The position numbers were made by a program, and so were the translations under genes. The notes below the pieces were generated by a model. It saw only the letters and a program-made list of their open reading frames with translations, did no database searches and was not told the DNA's origin. This document shows positions 10,035 to 18,327 of a stretch of 64,000 bases of DNA, piece after piece. Every line of letters starts with the position of its first letter. The first letter of the stretch is position 1. Location: NCBI GenBank assembly GCA_963848835.1, contig CAWKFB010000006.1, positions 180,279 to 244,278 of the forward strand, written 5' to 3'. This DNA comes from Candidatus Aminicenantes bacterium. Its GTDB lineage: Bacteria > Acidobacteriota > Aminicenantia > Aminicenantales > UBA4085.

Positions 10035-10274
10035 TTCGCTCTCTGAGTCTTCCGTATTTTATGCTTGCAACTGGTCACGTGCTCAAACATTCTCGCGGCG
10101 CCGCTACGCGGGGCTACCCGTCGGAGCTCGGGACGCAGAGCTGGGATTTCCCGATGTCGCTCGAGCCGCCCTCGCCTCTCCGCAAGCTCGCCCTTACGCG
10201 GCTTGTACGTTGGCGCACCGGATCATCCCAAGATGCGTGGGCATGCCGAGCGGACGACTCGGACGATGAAAATC

Positions 10275-10355
10275 GGGACGCTCCCAGGACTCATATAAAT
10301 CATCTACCCCACCTGCCGCCCCTAGAACTCGGGGCGGACTGTCGGTAAGCGTCCC
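10275..10355 (+). repeat. repeat module U, copy 1 (candidate structured RNA/ssDNA element)
   Basis: Closing helix GGGACGCT (10275-10282) / AGCGTCCC (10348-10355). A/T box TCATATAAATCATCTAC. Inner hairpin CCGCCCC-TAGAACTC-GGGGCGG (10316-10337), followed by ACTG..GGTA. Confidence 0.75.
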
Positions 10356-10383
10356 TCCCAGCATGTCGCTCATCAGGGTGACG

Positions 10384-10490
10384 CAGCGAATCGGCCAAGT
10401 CTGTCCGCGGCAGGATTCTCGATCGCCGCCGTAAGATGATTGGGTCGCATGCGTCTGATATTCGGGGCGCGAGGGGGGCTCCCTGAGCGG
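10384..10490 (+). repeat. repeat module Z, copy 1
   Basis: Homologous to the reverse complement of 53316-53415. Shared blocks are GCGAATCGGCC..GTCCGCGGCAGGATTC and GCGTCTGATATTCGGGGCGCGAGGGGGGCTCCCTGAGCG. Confidence 0.7.
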
Positions 10491-10510
10491 GCCAGCGCAG
10501 CGAGCTTACC

Positions 10511-10594
10511 GGGACGCCTTCAAAACTCTCATGCATATTTATCTCTCTCTCCTACCTCTCCCAAGACTAGGAGAGGACTGCTGGTAGGCGTCCC
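10511..10594 (+). repeat. repeat module U, copy 2
   Basis: Closing helix GGGACGCCT (10511-10519) / AGGCGTCCC (10586-10594). A/T box ATGCATATTTATCTC. Inner hairpin CCTCTCC-CAAGACTA-GGAGAGG (10555-10576), followed by ACTG..GGTA. Confidence 0.75.
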
Positions 10595-10741
10595 TCCTAG
10601 TTGAATGGAGTCGAGCGAGAGCGAGCGAGCACGGGGAGCGGATTTTTCTCGCTGGGGAAAATCCGCGTCCCGATCAGGGAGTCCCCCGGGAGCCCCGTCG
10701 GATTCACAAGGTATTCCGGTACGTGCTAACGTTAGCGAGGA

Positions 10742-11365
10742 ATGCAACGGAAGAAACCCTCCAAAGGTTTGGTAACATTGGACATGGACGAACAGCATCT
10801 TGTCGGCCGGCTGCAGACGGGCGATGAGGCGGCATTTGCCGAGATCGTCCATATCTACAAAGACAAAATCGTGAATTACCTGTACCAGATCACGGGCGAC
10901 TATCAACGGGCGGTCGACCTGTCCCAGGAGACCTTCATCCGGGTCTTCTTCAAGGCGGACAAATACAAGCCCATCGCCCCGTTCTCGTCCTGGGTCTATG
11001 CCATCGCCTCGAACCTGGCCAAGACCGACTTGAAAAAGCGGCGCCGCATGGCCGCCGTCTCCCTGGACGTCCTGCCGCCTACGGTCGAGCTCAGCACGCC
11101 GAGCGGCGAGGCGTCGGACTCCGGCCTCGTCCGGAACCTCCGCCAGGCCCTGGAGGCGCTCAACCCGCGCTACCGGATTCCGATCATCCTTAAGGACGTG
11201 GAAGGCTATTCCCAGGAGGAGATCGCCGCGATCATCAAGCGGCCGGTCGGGACGGTCAAGGCCCGGATCAGCCGGGGCCGGGCGATCCTCCGCAAACAGC
11301 TCGAAAAGGCCGCCGGGGCGGAGACGCCCCTGCGCGTCCAGGAGTTTCTCGATGGAAGAATATGA
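10742..11365 (+). CDS. ECF-type RNA polymerase sigma-70 factor
   Basis: Region 2 (IYKDKIVNYLYQITGDYQRAVDLSQETFIRVF, FSSWVYAIASN) and region 4 (ILKDVEGYSQEEIAAIIKRPVGTVKARISRGR). An alternative ATG start lies at 10784. Confidence 0.9.
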   Translation: MQRKKPSKGLVTLDMDEQHLVGRLQTGDEAAFAEIVHIYKDKIVNYLYQITGDYQRAVDLSQETFIRVFFKADKYKPIAPFSSWVYAIASNLAKTDLKKRRRMAAVSLDVLPPTVELSTPSGEASDSGLVRNLRQALEALNPRYRIPIILKDVEGYSQEEIAAIIKRPVGTVKARISRGRAILRKQLEKAAGAETPLRVQEFLDGRI

Positions 11366-11726
11366 TCTGCTGAAGCGGCTGGACCGCGTCGCGGCCCCGG
11401 CCGGTTTCGAAGCCCGCGTCGGGGCGCTCCTCGCGCGGCGCCGGGCCGGCCGGGCCCGGGAGATTCGCTCCCGGGTCTTCCGGTACTCGCTGGCCGGGGC
11501 GGGGGCGACGCTGCTCGCGGCCTTCGTCCTCCTTAACACGGTCTTCATCCGACCCGGCGGAATGGCCGGGCTCGCCCAAGGGGGAAGCCCCCGATCGGTC
11601 GCGAGCCTTCCGGTGACGGAGATGGTGGATTACCGGGGCGAGGCGCGGAACGCCGCCCTTCAGCCCGAAGCGCTCTACATTCTGGAAAACGTCTCGTACG
11701 CATCCAATGCCCGAATCCGATATTGA
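11352..11726 (+). CDS. putative membrane-anchored anti-sigma factor
   Basis: Overlaps the sigma gene by 14 nt. Small protein with one hydrophobic helix (YSLAGAGATLLAAFVLLNTVFI). The call rests on position only. Confidence 0.5.
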   Translation: MEEYDLLKRLDRVAAPAGFEARVGALLARRRAGRAREIRSRVFRYSLAGAGATLLAAFVLLNTVFIRPGGMAGLAQGGSPRSVASLPVTEMVDYRGEARNAALQPEALYILENVSYASNARIRY

Positions 11727-11745
11727 CCAGGAGGTCCTGAAACCC

Positions 11746-13332
11746 ATGAACAGAATCGCAAGAATCGCGGCCATCGCGGCTTCCTTCGCCTTGGCCTTTG
11801 CTTCATCGGCCCCGGCCGCCCAGGGGATCCAAGACAAGAAGATCGAGGAGATCACCCGGCAGGTCGCCCCGTCCGTCGTCAAGGTCGAAGCCCGGAATGG
11901 CGTGTTCAAGGTCGCCACCGGCGTCGTGGTCGACAAGGACGGATACATCGTCACGACCGCCCTCGTCTCCCCCCGCACCGAGAAGATCACCGTCGTCACA
12001 ACCGACGGGAAGCGCATCCCCGCCGAGTTCAAGGGGATGGATACCCAGACCCAGCTCGCTCTGATCCAGGCCAAGGACAAGAGCCTGGTCCCGATCGCCG
12101 CGGGGGACGCGATCGAATTAAAGCCGGGCGCCTGGATCGGCGTCGTCGGATTGTCCCCCGAGGACACGCCCGCGGTCACCCAGGGCATCGTCAGCTCCGT
12201 CGCTCCCGACCGGCTCCGGCTCAACGTCTGGGTCGTTCCCGGATCGAGCGGCAGCCCGGTCGTCAACGGCCAAGGCAAAATGGTCGGCCTGCTCCGGGGG
12301 GCCTATTACGACGACCAGCCCGTCGTCTTCGAGTTCCGCGAGCAGCAGGTCGTCGGCTCCGGGACGGTCATCAGCCGCGGCGAGACGCCGTCGGCCGGCA
12401 TGGCCCTGGCGATCCCCGTCGACGTCGTCGTCTCGGTCGCCGCGGACATCAAGAAGAGCGGCAAGGTCGAGCGCGGCTGGCTGGGCGTGACGACATCGGA
12501 CGACAGCGGCCGGGTCGAGATCGTCGAGATCGAATCCAAGAGCCCGGCCGAGCTGGCCAAGCTCAAGGAGGGCGATTTCCTCCTCAAGCTCGACGGCAAG
12601 GAGATCGTCGCGAGCCCCGGTCTGTCGAGCGCGGTCCGGGCCCGCAAACCTGGCGCGGACGTGACCTTCCAGGTCGAGCGGGACGGCAAGCCCGTGGACG
12701 TCCGGGTCAAGCTCGGGGAATATAGCGAGGATAACGCCCGGAGGGAGCTCGAAATGCTCTTCCCGAAGCTCTTTCCGATGACGAAACCGGAGGCCGACGC
12801 TCCCAAGTCCAGGTTGTTCACGCCGCGCAAGCCCTCGACCGCGCCGGCGCCCAACATGTTCCGCCCGTACAACCTTGAGAAGCGCCGCTACATCGGCGTG
12901 ACCCTGCAGACCCTGACTTCCGAGCAGGCCGAATCCTTCGGGGTCAAGGATGGCTATGGGCTCTGGGTCGCCGAGCTCGATCCCGACGGCCCGGCCAAGA
13001 AAGCCGGGATCAAGGTCGGCGACGTGATCCTCAGGGCCGAAGGCAAGAAGGTCGAATCCGCCGACGAGATCAGCGAGCTCATCCAGAGCCGGAAAAAAGG
13101 CGATAAGGTCAGGATCGAGCTCGTCCGCGATAAGAAAATGGCCGCCGTCGAGGTCGAGATTGCCGAGGACGAAGCCGGGGGCTTCTTCCCCGAAGCCGAG
13201 GCGTTCGTCCGTCAGTTCGGGAACGCTTACGAGAAAAACATCAACGAGTACCAGAAGAGCATCGACGAGCTCCGGACGAATAAAACCCTGGAGAAGCTCC
13301 TCAAATCGTCCCGGACCATGGTCCGGATCTGA
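11746..13332 (+). CDS. HtrA/DegP-like S1C protein with two PDZ domains; catalytic His and Asp appear substituted
   Basis: Signal peptide MNRIARIAAIAASFALAFASSAPAAQG. Trypsin-like core with GSSGSPV (Ser retained). PDZ-like segments GWLGV...EGDFLLKLDGKEI and IGVTLQ...VGDVILRAEGKKV. The upstream ATG at 11707 is the alternative start. Confidence 0.8.
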   Translation: MNRIARIAAIAASFALAFASSAPAAQGIQDKKIEEITRQVAPSVVKVEARNGVFKVATGVVVDKDGYIVTTALVSPRTEKITVVTTDGKRIPAEFKGMDTQTQLALIQAKDKSLVPIAAGDAIELKPGAWIGVVGLSPEDTPAVTQGIVSSVAPDRLRLNVWVVPGSSGSPVVNGQGKMVGLLRGAYYDDQPVVFEFREQQVVGSGTVISRGETPSAGMALAIPVDVVVSVAADIKKSGKVERGWLGVTTSDDSGRVEIVEIESKSPAELAKLKEGDFLLKLDGKEIVASPGLSSAVRARKPGADVTFQVERDGKPVDVRVKLGEYSEDNARRELEMLFPKLFPMTKPEADAPKSRLFTPRKPSTAPAPNMFRPYNLEKRRYIGVTLQTLTSEQAESFGVKDGYGLWVAELDPDGPAKKAGIKVGDVILRAEGKKVESADEISELIQSRKKGDKVRIELVRDKKMAAVEVEIAEDEAGGFFPEAEAFVRQFGNAYEKNINEYQKSIDELRTNKTLEKLLKSSRTMVRI

Positions 13333-13336
13333 TGCG

Positions 13337-13918
13337 TCAGGGCTCGAGCCAGCGGCGGGCGAGGGCCCGCAGCTCCTCGGGCGAGAGGCGCGGCGAGCCG
13401 TAGAAGCCCCGGGCGGTCCGCTGGCGGACCGCTTCGTAGAGGATGACGCCGACCGAGACGGACAGGTTCAGGCTCTGGACCATCCCGAACATTGGGACCC
13501 GGATCCGAACGTCGGCCAGCTCGAGCGCCGCGGCGGACAGCCCTTCCTTCTCGTTCCCGAAGACGACCGCCGTCGGACGGGTGTAGTCGATCGCGTCGTA
13601 GGGGACGGCCCCCGGTCCGAGATCGGTGGCGGCGATGAGAAATCCCCGTTCTTTGAGCTCCCGCAGACAGTCGGCCGCGGCGGCGTGATAGCGCAGCTCC
13701 AGCCACTTGTCCGCCCGGGTCGTGATGGCCTTGTTGATCGGGAGCGGCTTTCCGGCCGCGGAGATGATGTCCACGTTCAGGACGCCGGCGGCGTCGCAGG
13801 TGCGGAGGACGGCGTTGGCGTTGTGCTCGTTCGTGACGTCCTCGAGTACGACGTGGAGGTCGGGCTGGCGGCGGGACAGGACCCCCGTCACTCGGGCGAT
13901 CCGTTCGTCGGTCGGCAT
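13337..13918 (-). CDS. SpoU/TrmH-family RNA 2'-O-methyltransferase
   Basis: 194 aa starting at ATG 13918. Contains LEDVTNEHNANAVLRTCDAAGV, AVVFGNEKEGLS and PMFGMVQSLNLSVSVGVILYE (SPOUT knot motifs). Confidence 0.85.
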   Translation of the reverse strand: MPTDERIARVTGVLSRRQPDLHVVLEDVTNEHNANAVLRTCDAAGVLNVDIISAAGKPLPINKAITTRADKWLELRYHAAAADCLRELKERGFLIAATDLGPGAVPYDAIDYTRPTAVVFGNEKEGLSAAALELADVRIRVPMFGMVQSLNLSVSVGVILYEAVRQRTARGFYGSPRLSPEELRALARRWLEP

Positions 13919-13932
13919 GGCGGCCCCGGTTC

Positions 13933-14484
13933 TCAGCCGACGAGCAGCCGGACGATCAGGATCGACCAGACGATGACCGAGCCGAGAAGGGCCCGCGTCT
14001 CGCGGTTCTGGCGGTAGAGGTCCCAGCTGAACGTCGGGCCTTCGCCCGGGGCCCGGCGGCGGAAGGACGGGAAGAAGAGGGGGACCTGCTTCCCGTAGGT
14101 TTCGTACTCCTCCGGGAAGAGGCGCTTCATCCGCCTCAGCTCTTCCATGATGACGGGCGGGTAGAAAACCAGGAAATAGAGGGCGAACAGCCCGACGCAC
14201 CAGATGGAGTTCGCCCCGACGGCCATGGACAATCCGAGAAGAAAATTCCCGAGATAAAGAGGATTGCGGGTGTAGCGGTAGGGGCCGGAAACGGCCAGCT
14301 TCTTTTCCTTGCGGATGTGTCCGGCGGCCCAGCCGCGGATGAGCAGCCCGACCGCGCAGACCGCCAAGCCGATCGCGATCGACCGGACGGAGGGCCGGGC
14401 CAGGGCGATCACGGCGATGAGGACGAAGAGGGCCGCCCGGACGCGCCAGCGGTAGATGAGCGAAACGATCTTGGCTTCAGTCAT
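13933..14484 (-). CDS. isoprenylcysteine carboxyl / phospholipid methyltransferase family membrane protein
   Basis: Multi-pass membrane ORF carrying GPYRYTRNPLYLGNFLL, typical of the ICMT/PEMT family. Confidence 0.8.
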   Translation of the reverse strand: MTEAKIVSLIYRWRVRAALFVLIAVIALARPSVRSIAIGLAVCAVGLLIRGWAAGHIRKEKKLAVSGPYRYTRNPLYLGNFLLGLSMAVGANSIWCVGLFALYFLVFYPPVIMEELRRMKRLFPEEYETYGKQVPLFFPSFRRRAPGEGPTFSWDLYRQNRETRALLGSVIVWSILIVRLLVG

Positions 14485-15470
14485 GGCCGGCGAGCGAGCT
14501 GCGGATCAGGTCGGCGACCTCGCCGGGGCGGACGAGCTTCAGGCACTCGAGCGAATCGCAGGTCCTCAGGTAGCATCGGCTGCATGATATCTCATGATAG
14601 GCCGCTTTGTCTCGCTTCTTGAACGGGCCGTTGCGGCCGGGCAGGGTGGGGCCGAAGATCCCGACCACCGGAACGTCGAGGGCGCAGGCCGCCTGAAGGG
14701 CGAACGTATCGCCGCTGACGAGCAGCGCGGCGCTCTTCAGCAGGGCGAAGATCTCCGGGATCTCGAGGAACGGGGCGGCCGGAGCGCCGCTCCGGGCCGA
14801 GATCGTCTCGGCGGCGGCCTTTTCCTCCGCCGTTCCCCAGAGGAGAAGCGGGGAGAGAGGCTCGTCCCGGAGGATTCGCAGAAGCTCGATCCAGCTCTCG
14901 ATCGGCCAGCGCTTCGTCGGCCAGGCCGCCCCGACGTTGAAGATGACGAGCCTCCGGCCGGATCCGCCGGCGCTCGGACCGATCTTAGCCCGGACCGCGT
15001 CCCGGACCGCGTCGCGGGGATAACGATCGGGAATTCGATGTCCTCCGTTTCGACGCCGACGAGACCGAGGAGCTTGAGGTTCTTACGGATGACGTGGCCG
15101 TCCTCCGGGATCGCGGGAAGGGTCTTCGTGTAGAAGATCGCGGCCGCTTTCTCCCGGAGATTGGGGCGGGAGAAGCCGTAGCGGCGCCGGGCCCCCGAGA
15201 GCCGGCCGAGCAGGGCGGACTTGAGAAGCCCTGGAAATCGAGGACGATCTGGTCCCGGCCGCGGATTCTCTTCCGCCAGCCCGGCGAGCCGCGGACGATG
15301 ATCTCGTCGATCCCCTCGACGAGCTCGAGCAGGGGACGGCCCTTCTCCTCGACCAGCCAGCGGATCGCCGCCCCGGGGAATCGCCGGCGCAGGGCGGCGA
15401 ACGCCGGAACGGCGTGGACGATGTCGCCGAGCGAGCTCGTCCGGACGATCAGGAACCGCTCGGCGCTCAC
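14477..15470 (-). pseudogene. glycosyltransferase family 9 (LPS heptosyltransferase), two -1 frameshifts
   Basis: N-terminus (GTG start) SAERFLIVRTSSLGDIVHAVPAF. Middle VIFNVGAAWPTKRWPIESW. C-terminus VGIFGPTLPGRNGPF...C..C. The three frames join near 15229 and 15017. Length check: 994 nt plus 2 gives 996 nt. The GTG start overlaps the hldE stop (GTGA). Confidence 0.8.
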
Positions 15471-16957
15471 CGTCCCGCTTTCATCCGGGCGACGACGTCG
15501 CGGGATGACCTCGGACGCGCTCCGGATCTTCGGCCCGCCGGCGATGGCGATCCGACCGCCGTAGGCGAGGACGGTCGCTCTCTCCGGGACCGTTTCCTTC
15601 GTGTAATCGGATCCCTTGGCGTGGACGTCTGGCTTGAGGGTCCGGAGGATCTTCTCGACGTTCGGCTCGTCGAAGATCGGTGACGAAATCGACGCAGGCG
15701 AAGGCGGCGATGATCTCCACCCGCTCCGCTTCGGGGAGGATGGGCCGGCCGCGGCCCTTGAGCTTCCGGATCGACCGGTCGCTGTTCAAGGCGACGACGA
15801 GGATGTCGCCTTCGCCTTTCGCCGCCTCGAGGTACCGGACGTGTCCGGCGTGGACGAGGTCGAAGCCGCCGTTGGCCAGGACGATGCGCCGGCCTTTTTT
15901 CCGTTCGGAAGAGACGATGCGGCGGAGCTGGGGGAGGGTCTTGAGCTTCTTCAATGTTCGGAGACGATCGCCTGCTTGAGCTCGAGCGGACTGACGGTGG
16001 CGGTGCCTTTCTTCATGACCACGATCCCGCCGGCGTAATTGGCCAGCCGGGCCGCCTGGGGGAACGTCGCCCCCGCGGCCAGGGCGGCGGTGAAGACGCT
16101 GATGACGGTGTCTCCGGCCCCGGTCACGTCGACGATGTCGGTCGATCCGTGGATGGGGAGGAGGAGCGGCGCCTTGCCCTTCTGGAAGAGGGCCATGCCG
16201 CGCGAGCCGCGGGTGATGAGGAGGGCGGGGGAGCGGAGGGCGGTCCGGAGCGCTTCCCCGGCGGCGACGAGGGCCTCGGTCCCTTCGAGAGTATGGACCT
16301 TGAGGGCGTCCTCGACTTCGGGCTCGTTCGGCGTGGCGATCGTCGCTCCCTTGAATTCGAGGAGCCGGTAGCGCGAGTCGATGGTCACCGGCTTGCCGTT
16401 CTTCTTGAACGCGGGCAGGACGGCGCGGAAGATATCGTCTTTGACCGTGCGGTAGTGGTAGTCCGAGATGAGAAGGGCGTCGCACGTTCCGGAGAGGCGC
16501 TCGAGGGTCCGTTGCATCCTCCGGCGCAGGGCGGCGGATCGGGCACCGGTCCATCGCGGTCGATGCGGAGGATCTGCTGTTTCTTGGTGTTCTCCTCGCC
16601 GGCCAGGATGCGCGTCTTGAGCGGAGTCGAGTAGCTCTTGTCCGTGATCAGGGTCTCGGTCGAGACGCCGTGCTCGCGGAGGATCCGGTCGACCGTCCGG
16701 CCCGATTCGTCGTCGCCGACGATCCCGACGGGGACGGCCTCGACGCCCAGGGCCTTGAGGTTGAGGAGGGCGTTTCCGGCTCCGCCGAGGGAGTATTCGC
16801 GCGTCTGGTAGGATAGGATGAGGACGGGCGCCTCGCGGGAGATGCGCCGGGTCTTGCCGTAGAGGTACTCGTCGAGGATGATGTCGCCCCAGACGGCGAT
16901 ACGGAGGTGGACGAACTTGTCGATGATGGCCAGCAGGGCCAGGGGATTTTCGGTCAT
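15467..16957 (-). pseudogene. hldE: bifunctional D-beta-D-heptose 7-phosphate kinase / heptose 1-phosphate adenylyltransferase, four frameshifts
   Basis: PfkB kinase half (VWGDIILDEYLYGKTRRISREAPV, DVTGAGDTVISVF) and cytidylyltransferase half (IVLANGGFDLVHAGHVRYLEAAK, VALNSDRSIRKLKGRGRPI, PDVHAKGSDY). Shifts near 16541 (-1), 15952 (-1), 15678 (+1) and 15503 (+1). Net length 1491 nt, or 497 codons. GAGAGG lies upstream of the ATG at 16957. Confidence 0.8.
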
Positions 16958-17051
16958 AACCTCTCTGGGCTGATGTTTACCAGAAACGGGGAATCCCGTC
17001 AATCGCGTGCCGGTTGCAAAACGTCTCCCGTTCATCTATAAATAACGGCGC

Positions 17052-17137
17052 GCCGGAGTGGCGGAACTGGCAGACGCGCGGGACTCAAAATCCCGTCCGG
17101 GGCAACTCGGGTGTGGGTTCGATTCCCTCCTCCGGCA
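17052..17137 (+). tRNA. tRNA-Leu (anticodon CAA)
   Basis: 7-bp acceptor stem GCCGGAG/CTCCGGC with discriminator A. D-arm GCGGAACTGGCAGACGC. Anticodon stem-loop CGGGA-CTCAAAA-TCCCG. Long variable arm. T-arm GGGTTCGATTCCC. No encoded CCA. Confidence 0.9.
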
Positions 17138-17148
17138 CAAGGATCGCC

Positions 17149-18252
17149 ATGCCCTCACAACGTCTCGCTTCGGTGGACGCGTTCCGCGGTCTGACGATCG
17201 CGGCCATGATCCTGGTCAACAACCCCGGCAGCTGGAGCTTCGTCTATCCGCCGCTCCGCCACGCCGAGTGGCACGGCTGGACCCCGACCGACCTCATCTT
17301 CCCCTTCTTCCTGTTCATCGTCGGGATCTCGATCGCCCTGTCGTTCTCCCGGCGGCAGGCGGAAGGCCGGAGCCCTCGGAGCCTCTACGGCAAGATCTTC
17401 GAGCGCTCGGCGGCGATCCTGCTCATCGGCTGGTTCCTCCACCTCTTTCCCCGCTTCCGCTTCGCCACGATGCGCATCCCCGGGGTCCTGCCGCGGATCG
17501 CCGTCTGCTTTCTCTTCGGAGCCCTGATCTACCTCAACCTCAAGACGCGCGGCCGGATCGTCCTGACGCTCGCCCTGCTCGCCGGCTATTGGGCGGCGAT
17601 GACGTTCATCCCCGTTCCCGGTTTCGGCCCCGGCGTCCTCGACCTCAAGGGCAACCTGGCTTCCTATGTGGACACGAAGCTCCTGGCCGGGCACCTTTAT
17701 AGGACTGCCTTCGACCCGGAGGGCCCGTTGAGCACGATCCCGGCCATCGCCACGGTCCTCATCGGGACACTGGCGGGGGACTGGCTCCGCTCGGGCCGGA
17801 CGCTCTTCCGCAAATCGCTCGGGATCTTCGGCGCGGGCATCCTGCTGACGGCCGGAGGGCTCCTCCTTCATCCTTTCTTTCCGATCAACAAACAGCTCTG
17901 GACGAGCACGTTCGTCGTCTTCACCGCCGGGGCCGCCCTCCTCGTCTTCGGCGTCTGCTACGTTCTGATGGACCGCTATAATCTCAAGGGCTGGGCCTAT
18001 CCCTTCCTCGTCTTCGGGACGAACGCCATCACGGTCTTCGCCGGCTCGACGCTCATGGTCAAGATCCTCATGATGATCAAGTTCGACGACGGCGGGAAGA
18101 TCGTCAATCCGATGGGTTATTTCTATGCCCACGCCCTCTCGCCGCTCGCCGGCCCTTATCTCGGCTCGCTCCTGTTCGCCATCCTCTTGAACGTCCTGTG
18201 GTTCTTCATCATCTGGCCGCTGTACAGGAACAAGATCTTCATCCGGGTCTGA
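17149..18252 (+). CDS. HGSNAT-like acyltransferase family membrane protein (DUF1624/DUF5009-like)
   Basis: Multi-pass membrane ORF. N-terminal RLASVDAFRGLTIAAMILVNNPGSW is typical of the heparan-alpha-glucosaminide N-acetyltransferase-like family. Confidence 0.7.
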   Translation: MPSQRLASVDAFRGLTIAAMILVNNPGSWSFVYPPLRHAEWHGWTPTDLIFPFFLFIVGISIALSFSRRQAEGRSPRSLYGKIFERSAAILLIGWFLHLFPRFRFATMRIPGVLPRIAVCFLFGALIYLNLKTRGRIVLTLALLAGYWAAMTFIPVPGFGPGVLDLKGNLASYVDTKLLAGHLYRTAFDPEGPLSTIPAIATVLIGTLAGDWLRSGRTLFRKSLGIFGAGILLTAGGLLLHPFFPINKQLWTSTFVVFTAGAALLVFGVCYVLMDRYNLKGWAYPFLVFGTNAITVFAGSTLMVKILMMIKFDDGGKIVNPMGYFYAHALSPLAGPYLGSLLFAILLNVLWFFIIWPLYRNKIFIRV

Positions 18253-18327
18253 GACGCGCGGCCGCGCATTGCCAACCTCCGAAAGCCTGGATTATACTAG
18301 CCTTTCTCAAAACGGAGCTGATCAGCG

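Noticed and set aside
9949-10269. The ORF at 9949-10269 (+) and the ORF at 53628-53891 (-) share the peptide PPELGGAPPPDVRF, which suggested a conserved small protein.
   Set aside because: The shared peptide is just the translation of repeat module W. The third copy (39119-39180) has indels that break the frame. Similarity ends exactly at the module borders. Paired-stem covariation explains the conservation better.
9857-10697. The repeat-rich intergenic islands (here and at 53213-53912) as CRISPR arrays.
   Set aside because: There is no regularly spaced identical repeat. The modules differ in sequence, length and orientation. No cas genes are in the window.
15467-15520. Apparent read-through of the hldE frame directly into the heptosyltransferase ORF, suggesting a fusion protein.
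   Set aside because: A +1 shift near 15503 restores a plausible hldE C-terminus (…RDVVARMKAGR) that ends at a TGA overlapping the GTG start of the next gene. The read-through is a frameshift artefact.
17052-17137. tRNA-Leu as an integration site for a genomic island.
   Set aside because: There is no integrase or recombinase. I saw no direct repeat of the tRNA 3' end downstream. The flanking genes are ordinary envelope and metabolism genes.
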